Shown: positions 13,137 to 26,120, counted from the first letter of the whole stretch. The stretch is DNA of 63,200 nucleotides, filler included, from Collodictyon triciliatum (GCA_043381765.1; 20 parts of 20 records of this genome joined end to end with filler, not necessarily neighbours in it), one strand, 5' to 3'. Numbers and translations are program-made. Notes: generated from the sequence alone by a model not told the origin.

Positions 13137-15981
13137 ATGGAAGGCTCTAGGTCATATACACCCCATTTTATGTTGAAGAGATCGATGAATCACTCATCCA
13201 TCAGAAGTAAAACTCCAGAAACGAGATCCCCTTCTGGTTTGATTTTAATTACCTTGTTTTTATTTCATTTTTCTTCTTGTTTTTCTCCTCTTTTCTTTTG
13301 TACTTTTTAAAATCTACTGTATATGATATATGTATTAATTATTTTTTTTTAAAAAAAAAAAGGTAGTAAAATTTTAAATAATAGTAATGATATATGAAAA
13401 AAAATATAACTATTTCATAGTGTCTATGAATCAAAATTATTCGCATTCAATACCCGCTCCTGTGGTGCCCAAGGATGTTCGTTCATTCCTCCGAATGCAA
13501 ACACCTCCCCTGCCTGAACTGAGCTCGTCCTTCATACGCAAAAGTTCTTCATTTTCGAAAGTGGACCACAGCTTAGCTGCAAGCCCTTTACCGGTTGAAG
13601 GTCAAATCTTTTATCTCATATCTTGATTTGATAAAAAATATTAATCTCATTTTGAAAATCATTACAGCAGAACCTAAAATTGCATGTATGATGAATAAAA
13701 CTGAATTTTTTTCTCAAGCCGATGATGTCTCTGCCTCGGATGAAGCAAGTATCTTATCGGCACAGCCGTCATTCGCACAAAATATATCTGAAATCAGTAG
13801 GGCAAGCACAAAAGAATATTCTGAAAGAAGGCTTCTAAATGCACTATGCAAAAGGTAATGGATGTCAAAAAGAAAGAAAATATTCATTGAATATTCTAAA
13901 TTGAAAAAAAGAAGAGCAGAACCTCTTTTTTTTTATCTTCATACTCTCAATATTTTGGCTCATGCATCTGTGGTATACGATTAGACATTCTATCATCGGG
14001 TTTAGAATTACTTGATAGTATCATTGAATGATAATATTTAATTGCTTTTCATCCCACCAAATTATACAAAGCCCCAGCGAACGAAAATGGACCGACCTGA
14101 AAGTATTGGCTGAAAGCCTTTCAAAATTTGAACAACTAAGAGGTTTTTAAATCTATATTCAATTCTTTAAATGACCAAGAAAAGGAGAGGATTTTTTTTT
14201 TTTGGCATTACAAAGAATAATACTGTCACGAATTTCATGTTTTTATAGTCCCATGTACCACGTTAGCTTTTGGCTTTTTAAAGATAATGATATGCAACAT
14301 CCTTACGTTGGAGCTCGAATCCTTTTAGAAGTTAAACCCTTTTAATTACAGGATTCAATCAACGAGAATGGTACGAATTAGCCAGGGTTGGAGTGTATTG
14401 GAAGGGTGAAATTGGTGACTTGGGTATGCATTCTAAACAATACAAAACAACGTTGTTTCCCCTCTATTCGATTCAAAGTTAAAACAATTATGTATGTTTT
14501 ACTGCTATAATTTTCGAAACCAACAATTTATTAGAAAATGAAAAGGTAATGTGCTCTCTTTTCACTTATTAATAGTCTGCGATCAGAATGATGCCTATTC
14601 TTTTTGGGTGTTGATTATCAAAGGAGAGATCGTATGTACCAGGGTAGATGATGCATCGATCCGAAAAGTTCACGAAATCATGAACAAGACTCCTGGCGAT
14701 AGGCTCAATGTAAATAGTCTTTTAGACATACAAAAAAATGAACAACAAGCGAGGCATTGCCCAGGTTCGTATGCAGCCCTCGTAGAGAGAGCACAGCTGT
14801 TGGAAAGCCTTGGGCTTCAGTCAGATATATCGGTCTCGAGGATGGAAAAGGAAGAGAAAGAACGGGAAGAGGGCAAAGATCTCAGCTGCATGGCCATTCG
14901 ACGTAGTGGGCAAAGTCTTGGAGAATCGTGTATTTGCCACGGAAGGCCGTCTCCTGCACGAGCGGTTGTCACAAAGCCTTCTCACCTGCTGCTCATTCCT
15001 AGGTACGATTACGAGCGACTCATCAAGGTTTGTCCTCTTTCATCAATCCCTGAATAGCTTACAGGGCTCTAATACCCAATGAAACCAATCTTATGGAGAG
15101 CATAATTTCATATACCTTAGCCTATCCAACTATTTGCACATGAACAATACTGCGGGATGTTTCGCAAGATGGACGAGTTCGAGGGTTGGTCAAGTGACTC
15201 CATAAACCGCTTCGTGGTCTCTATGGTTGTTGACCATTACAAAGACGGAGAAGGTGGGCCACGACTGCTCCCTTCGTCGTACTCTCACCATCCTATATTT
15301 GTGACATTACTTCTCACACCGTGTGGACTTTTCTGTCATAACTGTAGTCATCGTAACCACGGGAGACACACCATCCCAGCGAGCGCTATGCTTTGTTCAT
15401 CAAGGAGAGGCTGTGCTGTCTAAACCCGCTGTCGTGCAATTAAAGCCAAAGCATATTGACCCCATTCTGGGCCACGATGACCAATTACATATTTTTTCCA
15501 AGCCATCCGATAATACGGAAATCATGACGCTCGTTCCTGTGGCCTCGGCAAAACAAGGACAATATTTCGGCTTGATGGTTGTTCCTGGGGAGCTTATTCC
15601 TGATCATCCTTTTACTGTCGTTGCAAAGGGACATGCTGTTGTTCTTTCTTTGTCATGTGTTGAGACCTTTCGTCATCTCAAAATTGGTCCGATTGAAGTC
15701 AACAGGTGACGGTTTTTTTTATTTTCCTTTATTATATCGGCATGTCACTATGCAAATAACATATTTTTTCCCCTTTGTTCCATTCAAAGGTGTACAGAAG
15801 AAACTTGATGTGATACCTCCATGTTCTTATGTCTGGGATACAATATTAAATATCCTATGCTTATTTTCAAAGAACCATTCAACGTATAAAAGAGAGGTTG
15901 ACAGAGGTTGGGGTTGGTGCGTTCCGCTTACAGGAGCATTTCGAGGAGGAAGAGAAGGCAAAGAGATGGAGTCGCTACAAG
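13137..15981 (+). CDS. Cyclic-nucleotide-binding-domain protein (two cNMP domains, CNBD1/2-like), 3'-partial
   Basis: About 9 exons splice in frame: LCKSPSERKWTDLKVL..VCDQNDAYSFWVLIIKGEI..GQSLGESCICHGRPSPARAVV..GDTPSQRALCFVHQGEA..GQYFGL..PFTVVA. Confidence 0.72.
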
Positions 15982-17311
15982 GTTTGTGCATTCCCATTTC
16001 ATATGATACGCCAAATTAATTTTACTGTCACCCAGAAAAAGAAAAGATTATTTCAAATATTGTGTTTTTTTTTTTTTGCTGTTATTTTTTGATTTGTTTA
16101 TCCTTTGTATGTATGTATGTATGTATGTATGTATGTATGTATGTATGTATGTATGTATGTATGTATGTATGTATGTATGTATGTATGTATGTATGTATGT
16201 ATGTATGTATGTATGTGTGTGTGCCGGGTAGAANNNNNNNNNNNNNNNNNNNNNNNNNNNNNNNNNNNNNNNNNNNNTTAATTAATTAANNNNNNNNNNN
16301 NNNNNNNNNNNNNNNNNNNNNNNNNNNNNNNNNTTTTTGTTTTTTGTTTTTTGTTTTTTGTTTTTTGTTTTTTGTTTTTTGTTTTTTGTTTTTTGTTTTT
16401 TGTTTTCTGTCTCGTTTTCCAGAGGCACAACTATCCTTGGCCATGTGCCTTCCCCAGGAACGAATCAGTGAATTTAAAACAGAATCAACCCCACAAACGC
16501 GATGTCGTAACGTCTTTCTGAAATCCCTATAACCGTTTTCTGTAACGATTCACAATGTGGAAATTATAATATATACCATAAATGACATTGACATACTTGC
16601 TAGCGAGTTTATGAGTTATGAGAATAATTAGATATGTCATAAATTATAATTACATAATACGCCAGATATCCAGGCTTAGGTACTACACCGCATCGGTGTT
16701 CACTTGGCGGAATAAATGACGTTGCATCACCACAGATGGAATGAAATGCGCAGAACTATTTACATATGAAGGATTTTTCTTGGAATCAAATTCCCAGACT
16801 GATTTTCTAGGGTGATTGGTAGCGGCGCCCACAAACCAAATATATGCAGTTGCCTTGGAAATGTGTCGGGTTTCATAAACATCCACGAGCTTTCTGGCAC
16901 GGGAAACAGATGACTTGCAAACACAACCCTAAGTCGAAGCAACAGGAGAAGTTACTGCCACCTTGAGTTTCGTCTCTTTCTTTCTCATTGTTTGGTGTGG
17001 AATCTTGTGGACTTGTTAGTGTACCTTCAAGGTTCAGAAAGCAGAAACCATGAGAGTCCCAGAGCGCTTTGTCATTTTCTTCGTGAACATCGCCCACCAT
17101 CCCATGAAACATCTACTGCTTTTTTTTCTCTTTTTTCTTTCTGGAAGGGAATCAAAAACAAAACAAAACAAAACAAAACAAAACAAAACAAAACAAAACA
17201 AAACAAAACAAAACAAAACAAAACAAAACAAAACAAAACAAAACAAAACAAAACAGTCTGTCACTACATCCTACTCTCTTTCTATGTTGTGGATTCTAGC
17301 CCATAGCCACC

Positions 17312-19345
17312 ATGAAGATTCATGCCTTTGGCGGCGAAGACAATCACGAGGACATTAAAGCAAAAGTGGTCGAAGAGGTCAGAGAAAAACCAAGGGACAA
17401 CGGATCTGGAGCGGGCTCTCGTGTTGTAGAAAAGACAGGAATCGACGGAAAGATAGAAAGTAGAGAAGCGGTAATCGAAAGATTACCAAGGATTATGAGC
17501 ACGCAAGACTGCACTACCAGAGATTGTGATTTAGATATGGAAGGAGTGCACGAACACACTCAGTGTTCAGGGGACGTGAAAAAAGAATCTACACAACCAA
17601 GAACCAATATCATACAGTTACATGTGCGAAGAAATGTAAAACTTGTCCGAAAACATGTCACACTTTTTTCAATTCTTTTCAAAAGTGAATTCATTCTGCA
17701 ATGGATTAGGGTGTTTGCCAGGAAAAAAGGTACCTCCGTTTCAGTTATGTCATTATGGCTATTTTGTACCATCAATACTCTCTCGTTCTGTTACAACCAC
17801 CAATATTTTCCAATCGCTTTATACCTGCCACTGCAGATAGTATCTGTTATGTTCTTTATAATGTACCATTCTGCTTTTATCCGAATAGATATTATGAAGG
17901 AGCTTGCAAAATCATTTAATTTCTGGTTTACAGTGTGGAATGTGATATCATTTCATTTTTGTCTTCTCGCACTTCTCGGCACCTCGGCACCTGTTATCTG
18001 TGTCATCCTACACTCCTCTTCTAGTATTATCATCTTGGTTTTTTTTGATGCCCACGCGTGGAAATCCATCCTAATTATGAAAGCATCGGTTTTAATTGGA
18101 ATTTTGTCTTACGTACCGATAGTAGTCCTCCTTATGTTGCGTTTGGGGGATTTCAGGAGCGAGAAGTATTACCTGGGGTCTACCGATATTGAAATGATTG
18201 ATTTCAGGCTACAAGCGATAGACAACCTCTTTACCCTTGGAATATATTTGTTTCGAATCGTCCACACTCATGTTTTCCTTAAAAAATCCAATACTATTGC
18301 CTTTTTGTCCTTTTACTATGAAATTGATGAAGAGAAAGGGAATGCTACACGTGGTTTGCATGGGAGAGCAAAGCGGACGGGATTTGGCCGCAAGTCAAAA
18401 TCATCCATTTCACCATTTAATACTGCATCTCAAGCTTCATCGATACCAAGCCATCAAAATTCAAAAGCTCAGCCCAGAAGTGGACCAGAGTTCGACGGAT
18501 TAGCACCAAGCAGGAATATGTTGGGAATTTTTGATGAGTATGCAAATGCCATTTCTGCTTCACCAGAAGCCATACTGAAGGACCCTGGAAAGTTTCTGAT
18601 AATTGGAGTTTTCAATGACATAACTATAGAGTACGATCTGAACAACAGCCTCTACCACATGTATGTTTATAAAAAAATTGAATTAATTTCGAAAACAATA
18701 CGGTCAAAATATTACAACATATTTGGTCTAGTCATAAGTGTGAGTGCTGTCCTTCTATCTGTTCCAACCGCAACTGGTCTCCGCTCTAATACCTATTTGA
18801 GGGTATGCTCAGTCGGTTTGGCTTGTATCAGCATTCTATATATTTGTACACAGATGGTCTTAACTTCCAACATATTTATGGCTAAACGCATGTTGCGTTC
18901 ATTCGACTATTGGTATGTGATGTTTCTCATATTCAAAGGATTTGTCTCTTCGGGTGTATTGTGCCAATGGGACCACCGAATGGTGTGTTGGTTCCTAATA
19001 GTTCTTGCACTAAACTGGTTTGTGATGATTGATACCTTCCCATTGAAATTTAGAAATGCATCGCATATATCATTGTTGGGGGCTGTGTGGACAGCAGTAA
19101 TGACTTTACTGTGCAAACTCAATGCCGGTGAGACGTTTAAAGTAGATCGTTTCTTTGAGTTACGAGGAAGCCAAATAATGTCAGCCAAAGTCACGCTCTC
19201 AACATCAACTTTATCGGCGTGTATATTTTTTATTCGGTTTTATGTTAGCTACTACAAGCGACAAAACCGCATCCTGTTCCTCACAGAAAACTTCAAAGTG
19301 GACCAAATCCCAGTCCCTGAGCACCGCATTATTCATTCTGAATGA
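17312..19345 (+). CDS. Intronless ~12-TM membrane protein (677 aa), paralog of 7164-9149
   Basis: Shares FIRIDI.KEL.KSF.FWFT.WNV.SFH, RLQAIDNL, RSKYYNI.G, RMLRSFDYWY and FFIRF..SY with the contig-3 protein. Confidence 0.9.
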   Translation: MKIHAFGGEDNHEDIKAKVVEEVREKPRDNGSGAGSRVVEKTGIDGKIESREAVIERLPRIMSTQDCTTRDCDLDMEGVHEHTQCSGDVKKESTQPRTNIIQLHVRRNVKLVRKHVTLFSILFKSEFILQWIRVFARKKGTSVSVMSLWLFCTINTLSFCYNHQYFPIALYLPLQIVSVMFFIMYHSAFIRIDIMKELAKSFNFWFTVWNVISFHFCLLALLGTSAPVICVILHSSSSIIILVFFDAHAWKSILIMKASVLIGILSYVPIVVLLMLRLGDFRSEKYYLGSTDIEMIDFRLQAIDNLFTLGIYLFRIVHTHVFLKKSNTIAFLSFYYEIDEEKGNATRGLHGRAKRTGFGRKSKSSISPFNTASQASSIPSHQNSKAQPRSGPEFDGLAPSRNMLGIFDEYANAISASPEAILKDPGKFLIIGVFNDITIEYDLNNSLYHMYVYKKIELISKTIRSKYYNIFGLVISVSAVLLSVPTATGLRSNTYLRVCSVGLACISILYICTQMVLTSNIFMAKRMLRSFDYWYVMFLIFKGFVSSGVLCQWDHRMVCWFLIVLALNWFVMIDTFPLKFRNASHISLLGAVWTAVMTLLCKLNAGETFKVDRFFELRGSQIMSAKVTLSTSTLSACIFFIRFYVSYYKRQNRILFLTENFKVDQIPVPEHRIIHSE

Positions 19346-19596
19346 AATAAAAATAAATTTGTCTCAAGTGAAGGGAGATTGACCGCCCTTTGCAAAGTAA
19401 AATAAAATAAAATAAAATAAAATAAAATAAAATAAAATAAAATAAAATAAAATAAAATAAAATAAAATAAAATAAAATAAAATAAAATAAAATAAANNNN
19501 NNNNNNNNNNNNNNNNNNNNNNNNNNNNNNNNNNNNNNNNTTAATTAATTAANNNNNNNNNNNNNNNNNNNNNNNNNNNNNNNNNNNNNNNNNNNN

Positions 19597-22500
19597 GACA
19601 GGTTTGATAAAATATGTATAATTATTTATTCATTAAAAAATTATCAGAGATTCACATTTATCATCATATTACACGTAAGGCACTTTACCAAATTTTTCGG
19701 GATTGCCAAATGCTCAAGTCATTGGTATATATGAAAGTCGCATTCATGGTTTGATATAGAAATTCAGTAACTTCTTTTATTCATAAATTTATTTCATAAT
19801 TAACGTCAAGCTGAATAGCCAAACATATTTCTTACCAATGAAATCCCAGGGACTGTTCCTGATTTTACAAGTATCCCAGTTGTGAAACGGATTTATCTAA
19901 CTATCAACCAATTAAGCGGTTTGTTTACGGTGAATTAAAAATGGATGACACTTTTTTATTCCATTCATGCAATATTTCCATTCGTCAGTGATACCAATTT
20001 TGAATGGCTAACTTAATTTTTTTCTGAATTTGAAATGAAGGTACAACTCCAAATTTTAGTAAAACCCCTTATACAAACTCTCTAAATCTTTCCGGAAATT
20101 TATTGAAAGGTGAATAACTTCCATATTTTTGAGAAGTTTTATTTTTCCTTTATTCGATTCAAAGTGGCGTTTTTGAGAAGTTTATCCATATGATTTCATT
20201 TCTAAATATTCATAGGAAATATACCTGATTTTGTCAAGATCACCAATATAATAGATATTGATATTTCTAGGAACGAAATTAGTGGTAATTATTAAAAAAT
20301 TTTCACTTTCATACAATTATGCATTTGAAATGAATTGTTTTTTTTAGGATTTATTCCAGATTTTACCAATATTCCAAACATATTACGAATATATATCGGA
20401 ATCAACTGCATCAGTGGTAAGAATTTACTTACATCATTAGGTCAGAATTTTATACTAAAACAAATAAATATCCAGGAAGCATCCCAGATTTTAGCTGGAC
20501 TCCAAATATCATAACTATATACCTTTATGATAACAAAATTACAGGTTTACTTTTATTGGTACAAATCTTTCTTTATCTCAAAGAGTCCAGAAAGATGCGA
20601 ATAAAAATTGAATTTAAAAAAATGGAAAAGGGACTGTTCCAGATTTCGAAAACATTCCCAATATTTATTACTTGGATGCTGGTAGCAACCAGCAATATGG
20701 TGAGTATCATACCTTTTGTCTGGAAAAGTAGAATTTTTACTCATTGTAATATATCTCTGTATAGGAACGATTCCGGACTTTCGGAATATCCCTAATGTCA
20801 ATTTTCTTTACTTGTATGACAATCAACTTAGAGGTTTGTTTTTGTCCAATAAATTTTATATTTGAAGTTACTAAATGATTATGTAATTATTTGAAGGTTC
20901 GATACCCGACTTTCAATTCATCCACAGCACGCAGTCAATTATAATTCACTACAATTTTTTGAATGGTAATCCTCACCTCCTATAATTATTTTTTTAAAAA
21001 AAAAAATTTTTAAAAAAAAGTAAACTACTTCTAGGAGTCATCCCAAATTTTTCAAATTTTCCGGTTATGGCATACCTGTACCTCTACAGTAATCAACTCA
21101 CTGGTTAGATTTTTTATAGCAGAGAAATGCCATTCTATTTTTATTTATTGAACTTAATTTTTTTTAAATAGGAACAATTCCAAACTTTAGTCGTATGCCA
21201 TTAATCGAGCGGATTCTTTTATCCAGCAATGACCTCACTGGTTTATATAACTTTTATCGTTTTCTTTACTTTATCGATAAATATTTATTATGCATACATA
21301 GGAAACATCCCAGATTTTGACCAAGTACCTTTCGTTCAGTTCATTCATGTGTTTAGCAATCAGCTATATGGCATGCTTTTTTTTAAAAAAAAATTATTCT
21401 GTAAAAATTGTATAAAAGTTGCTATGATATCTATAATGTTTATCGCAATCCTGTCACATTTTTATCTCTGGATATATCAGGAACCATTCCAAATTTTGAT
21501 AAAATTACAAATATATTATGGCTCGATATTTCCAGCAATCGACTGGATGGTAATTTTTAATTTGAACTGGCAAAAAAAAGTGTGTCTACTTTATCTGATT
21601 CATGCCTCGATTTTAACAGGAACAATCCCTGATTTCGGGGCTATGCAAAAAATTTATTGGATCAGCTTAGATGGAAATATATTAAAAGGTAAGTTTCATC
21701 TTTAGGCAAAAAAATAAATCTATGATTTGCTTAAATCGAGAATATTAGGCACCATTCCGCTTTTTAAAAGTACTACGAATATTGAAGGAATAAGTTTATC
21801 TTCTAATCAATTAGTTGGTAGATATTTAATAAGCTTATCGTAAAATCTAAATCACATGAATGAATAATTGTGTATGCATTTAGAATGCAGTCTAGAGTAT
21901 GCCCAATTTATGTATCATTTTTGCATGCGTCTTAGGGTCAATACCGAATTTTACAAATCTAGCTAAACTGGAATATTTATCAGCTTACGATAATCACATC
22001 GAAGGAGCAGTTCCAAGTTTTGAAAGCTGCCCTACTGTAAAAGAGATCGTTCTCTACAGAAACCATTTGAGTGGTATCCTTCCAACATTCAAGTTACCAA
22101 ACTTATGGAATTTGGATCTTAGTGAAAATGGTATTACTGGCTCAATTCCGCATGATTGGCAGATTGATTCGATTGAATACATAGACTTATCGAGAAACAG
22201 AATGAATGGAACCATCCCAAAGCTGTTTGAAAATTTGCCACAGTTGAAGTCAATAACTCTGTCACATAACCATTTTTCGGGAACTTTACCAGATTTTTTT
22301 TGGAATCTTCCTAGCTTAACCCTCATAGACTTTAGAGATAATTATTTTTCTGGGGATATTGGCGCTTTTATTGTACCTGGATCTGGGAATTATGATTACA
22401 ATTATGAGAGTCTTGTTCTTGACGACAACCAACTTTATGGTGATTTTAATTGGAGGATATTTGATTATGTCGAAAATATCAGAACATTAAGCTTAAAAAA

Positions 22501-22759
22501 CAACCAGATCAAGAGGCTTGACGAAGTTACGAACTTACTTAAATGGAACTCGCTTGACTTGTCTGGCAATCCGATAGCTGGTACAATACCTGAATCTTTT
22601 AGTAAATTTTCGAAACTTGAATATCTAGGACTGAAAAATACGTCTATGCACCATGGTAAATTCAACTTCCTTCCCGATTTCATGGACTTCACAGACCCCT
22701 TTAATTTGGAAGATGAATCGAAGCTCTACATCTGCCCCTCTATTATTTCTAGATCTGGT
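19597..22759 (+). CDS. Extracellular plant-type (LxLxxNxLxGxIP) LRR protein with 15 single-repeat exons plus one long multi-LRR exon; partial at both ends
   Basis: 69-nt exons start at 19680, 19850, 20041, 20216, 20348, 20476, 20631, 20765, 20897, 21035, 21172, 21302, 21481, 21620 and 21749. All introns are phase 1 within Gly. Long exon from 21936 to the contig end. Confidence 0.93.
20140..20169 (-). mobile_element. Ultra-short retro-insert (family A) in an LRR intron, 14-bp TSD
   Basis: TTTTTGAGAAGTTT at 20126-20139 and 20170-20183. The insert reverse-complements to CGCCACTTTGAATCGAATAAAGGAAAAATA. Confidence 0.8.
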
Positions 22760-22920
22760 NNNNNNNNNNNNNNNNNNNNNNNNNNNNNNNNNNNNNNNNN
22801 NNNTTAATTAATTAANNNNNNNNNNNNNNNNNNNNNNNNNNNNNNNNNNNNNNNNNNNNAGAAAAGAAAAAAGAAAAGAAAAAAGAAAAGAAAAAAGAAC
22901 AGAAAAAAGAAAAGAAAAGA

Positions 22921-23435
22921 GAACCATTCACAGAATGCACCATGTGCCATAGTGGAGATGAGTCTATCGAACACGCATTTATGAAGTGCTCCCTTGCTGA
23001 AAAAGTGACAGAATCTACCCAAAAGATGCCCTCGAGCTTGATTATGCTCCCAACCGACTCAGCGTGACCGACATCCTGTTTGGCGCACAATACCAAATGA
23101 CCCACGATTCTAGAATACTCAAGACAGTCACAAGGGGACATATGCTGCGGTCCTTATGGAGTGTGCGTGCATTCTCTCGCCCCAATGATTCACCCGAACG
23201 AGAAATCAATGTATCGAGGCTTGAAAGCTTCGTGCAATACAGCTTCCTGAACAACCGGCTGAAACACGTCTGCATTCTTCGCTGCTCTGACCGCAAGCAA
23301 AGAGATGTGGGAATGTGTCGTGCAATACCCCCGCAGCATATCCAACCCCTGCTACACACACAACCAATCAACTGGTTGGGTGGCCCACCTGACCAATTCG
23401 CTATCACTGATTTCTTTTCAGTGCTATCCTCATAA
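22921..23435 (+). mobile_element. L1-like LINE ORF2 3' fragment (zf-RVT and C-terminus)
   Basis: ECTMCHSGDESIEHAFMKC, then after a frameshift TDILFG..TVTRGHMLRSLWSVR. Confidence 0.8.
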
Positions 23436-24212
23436 CAGTACAGTCACCACTTACTCACTTTTGATCTCTTCTATATGTTCCCGTCTAACCTCTTTCATAA
23501 CATTAATTCTTGGCCTTATTATCCGAAGAAGGATGAACCCTCACTTATATTCAAGTATAACGTCAAATACGAATTGCTTCAGATTGGATAGTCTGCGCTA
23601 GATTGACTAACTATTTCATTCATATTTGTTTTTCTGCAGGACGATCTCGCAGCAACTAACGCGCGGCTTCGAATTTAGATTCCTTCTTGGCGAAACTAAA
23701 CCAGCTTACATTCATACCTGAAGAGCCCTACTCTACCAATGCTGACAAGTTGTGTTCATCAAAAATAGTAAACATCTGGATCATGGCTTTAAGATGCGTA
23801 ATCATTAATTTTCCTTTCAACACAGAATATGAAGTACATCCTTTAGTAAAAAATTTCCAAATAATTAAAAAAGCCCTGAAAAATTCGAATATTATCAGTT
23901 TTTACAAATTTGATGATATTAAAACTACAGACATAGATCAAATTGTAACACATGTCTCTGTTCTACCCAAGTATGGCGATATTTGTTACTTATCATAATT
24001 CATAAAAGGTGATCTGTGGTCAATCCCCAACTCATATAAAAATATTATTCGCTCAGTGTACACAAGATAGGCTTCAAGGTTGAAATTATTAATATAAAAT
24101 TTCATCTAGGGCCGAAGACTTTTGAGTTTATTCTATTTGGGCTTAGTTCTCTATAGAGAATGGCAATAAATACAAGAAGTGATTCGAATCATTTGATAGC
24201 TTTGGTAAAAAT

Positions 24213-25371
24213 TTGTGGTTGAGGCTCATTATATACGTTTGTATAAGCATGATTGCTCAAACAACCTTGGCTGATTGCACGAGACTTTCCGGAAAGTTAT
24301 GCCCCTCGTTAAATCCAGAAGGACATTGGCTTGTTATGAATAAAACCAATATATTTAAATTAAATGACGGATTAATATACCCCTATAAAGTTGTGGATAA
24401 TAATGAACTACCCAAATTAATTCTTCCACTGTCAAGGAAATGGATTTATTTCTATGGAGATTCCACCACTAGACAGCTGGTAAACGTTAACATTATGCTT
24501 TCAGCATATCTATGCTATACTATGGAAGTCAGTATTTATTGAATAATTGCTGTTACAAGTTTTTTCTAGAGTTTTGAAGTTACAAAGAGCATAACTACCA
24601 ATACTGTCAATTGTAAATGAACATTAATGTTTAATTTGACAACTAATTCTTTTAAATCCTTAAAAAATGATATCTAGGTACACTACTTTTTACGAACTGC
24701 AGGATATTTCCAGAACTATACCTTTTTTAACTTCAGAGGTTGGGAATAGATTCATACTTAAATTTGTTAAATGTCCTTGTTGTTTCAAGAAAAAACTTCA
24801 TGCATAACATAGTGTTCCTCCACTAGAGTTCACAAGGCGTTGCGTGAGACAAAATAGAACTATATGCCATAAAAAATATTGCGATGGATCTTTTTCCACT
24901 TGCCACTTTACTGCTGACAATACGGGGGGATTTCACATAACTTTTGACTGGAAAGAGAATAGCTACGACGATTATGATGAATATCTACTGAAGGACCTAT
25001 TCGCGCAGGATGCACCAGACTTATTCATATTTTCATTTGGAATACATGATTGCTACAACAATAGGCACATGGAGCAGGTGAAAAAAGATAATTTTAGATT
25101 TTTCAAAAATTTGTACACCTATTATCATGGTTCAGCAATATGGATGGATAATCAGGAGTCTCTCTACAGCTATTGTACCGCACCAATTAACTCACTTCAA
25201 TTAGAAATTGCGAAGAATTTCAACGTACCTTACTTACTTAGATCAGCAATAACTAAAAATGTCTCAGACAAAAGCTATACACATGATAAGCTCCATTTTC
25301 GTGACTTCGTTGTTCGGGAAATCTTTAAACATTTGTTGAACTTAATGATGTGTTGTTTAAGTGTTCACTAG
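24213..25371 (+). CDS. PC-esterase / NXPE-like SGNH hydrolase or acyltransferase (3 exons; start codon uncertain)
   Basis: WIYFYGDSTTRQ (GDS), PDLFIFSFGIHD and HDKLH (DxxH); hydrophobic N-terminus. Exons ~24213-24479, 24678-24738 and 24827-25371. Confidence 0.82.
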
Positions 25372-25425
25372 AGCCCTGTTGTCATACAAATGAACTAATA
25401 AAAATTATCTTCGGAGAACACAATG

Positions 25426-26020
25426 TCATTCTTTGTAATTTATGTCGGTTGGTATCGCACTCATTCTTTTTGCTGGTTCATTTCGTGTCACTTTGCCATT
25501 ATCGAGAAGAAATTGATGGAGATTGGCTTTGTATGACGCGAGTCGGGATGCTCTTGCAAAGGAATGTGTAGGGGGCGCGGGGAATTTTCCAAGAAGGGCA
25601 GTCATAGAGTAGAGGGGGACAATTCTGTTGTGGTGACTTTTTGTGGGTCGGAGCTCGGCGTAGAAATGGCATCTCATTCCTATCCCATGAAAGCACTGTT
25701 GGTGACGTCATTTTCTTCGAATGTTGTGGGGTGTGCTCCGTTGTCCGGCGAAGCATACCCCGTATGCCCTGGATTGGGTATAACTGAAGGCACAGGAGGA
25801 GGGCCCAGGGAATGCGTGATACAGGGCCGGAACCACACACACACCGTGCACCCTGTGGGGTTCGAACCACGTTCGCGCAGGTCAGACGCTGTCTCATGCC
25901 AGCTGGACTACAACGTCTGCAGTGCGATTTTGGACTTGATATTGTTGACCAGCTTGTCCCGCTTTTCTGTGCAGCCGCTCCCAAACATTATACCCAGGTA
26001 TCTGAGTGCGTGGTTTGGGT
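25426..26020 (-). mobile_element. Composite non-LTR relic: RT fragment, then tRNA-derived head, then degenerate LINE-like tail
   Basis: The minus strand starts PNHALRYLGIMFG..KLVNNIKSKI (L1 RT 'YLG' motif) and runs directly into an A/B-box tRNA-like segment. Confidence 0.6.
25847..25920 (-). pseudogene. tRNA-derived segment (SINE-like Pol III head)
   Basis: TAGTCCAGCTGG (A box/D arm) and GGTTCGAACCC (B box). T-stem GTGG/CCCAC lacks one G; 3' acceptor AGGGTGCA has no matching 5' strand. Confidence 0.65.
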
Positions 26021-26120
26021 NNNNNNNNNNNNNNNNNNNNNNNNNNNNNNNNNNNNNNNNNNNNTTAATTAATTAANNNNNNNNNNNNNNNNNNNNNNNN
26101 NNNNNNNNNNNNNNNNNNNN

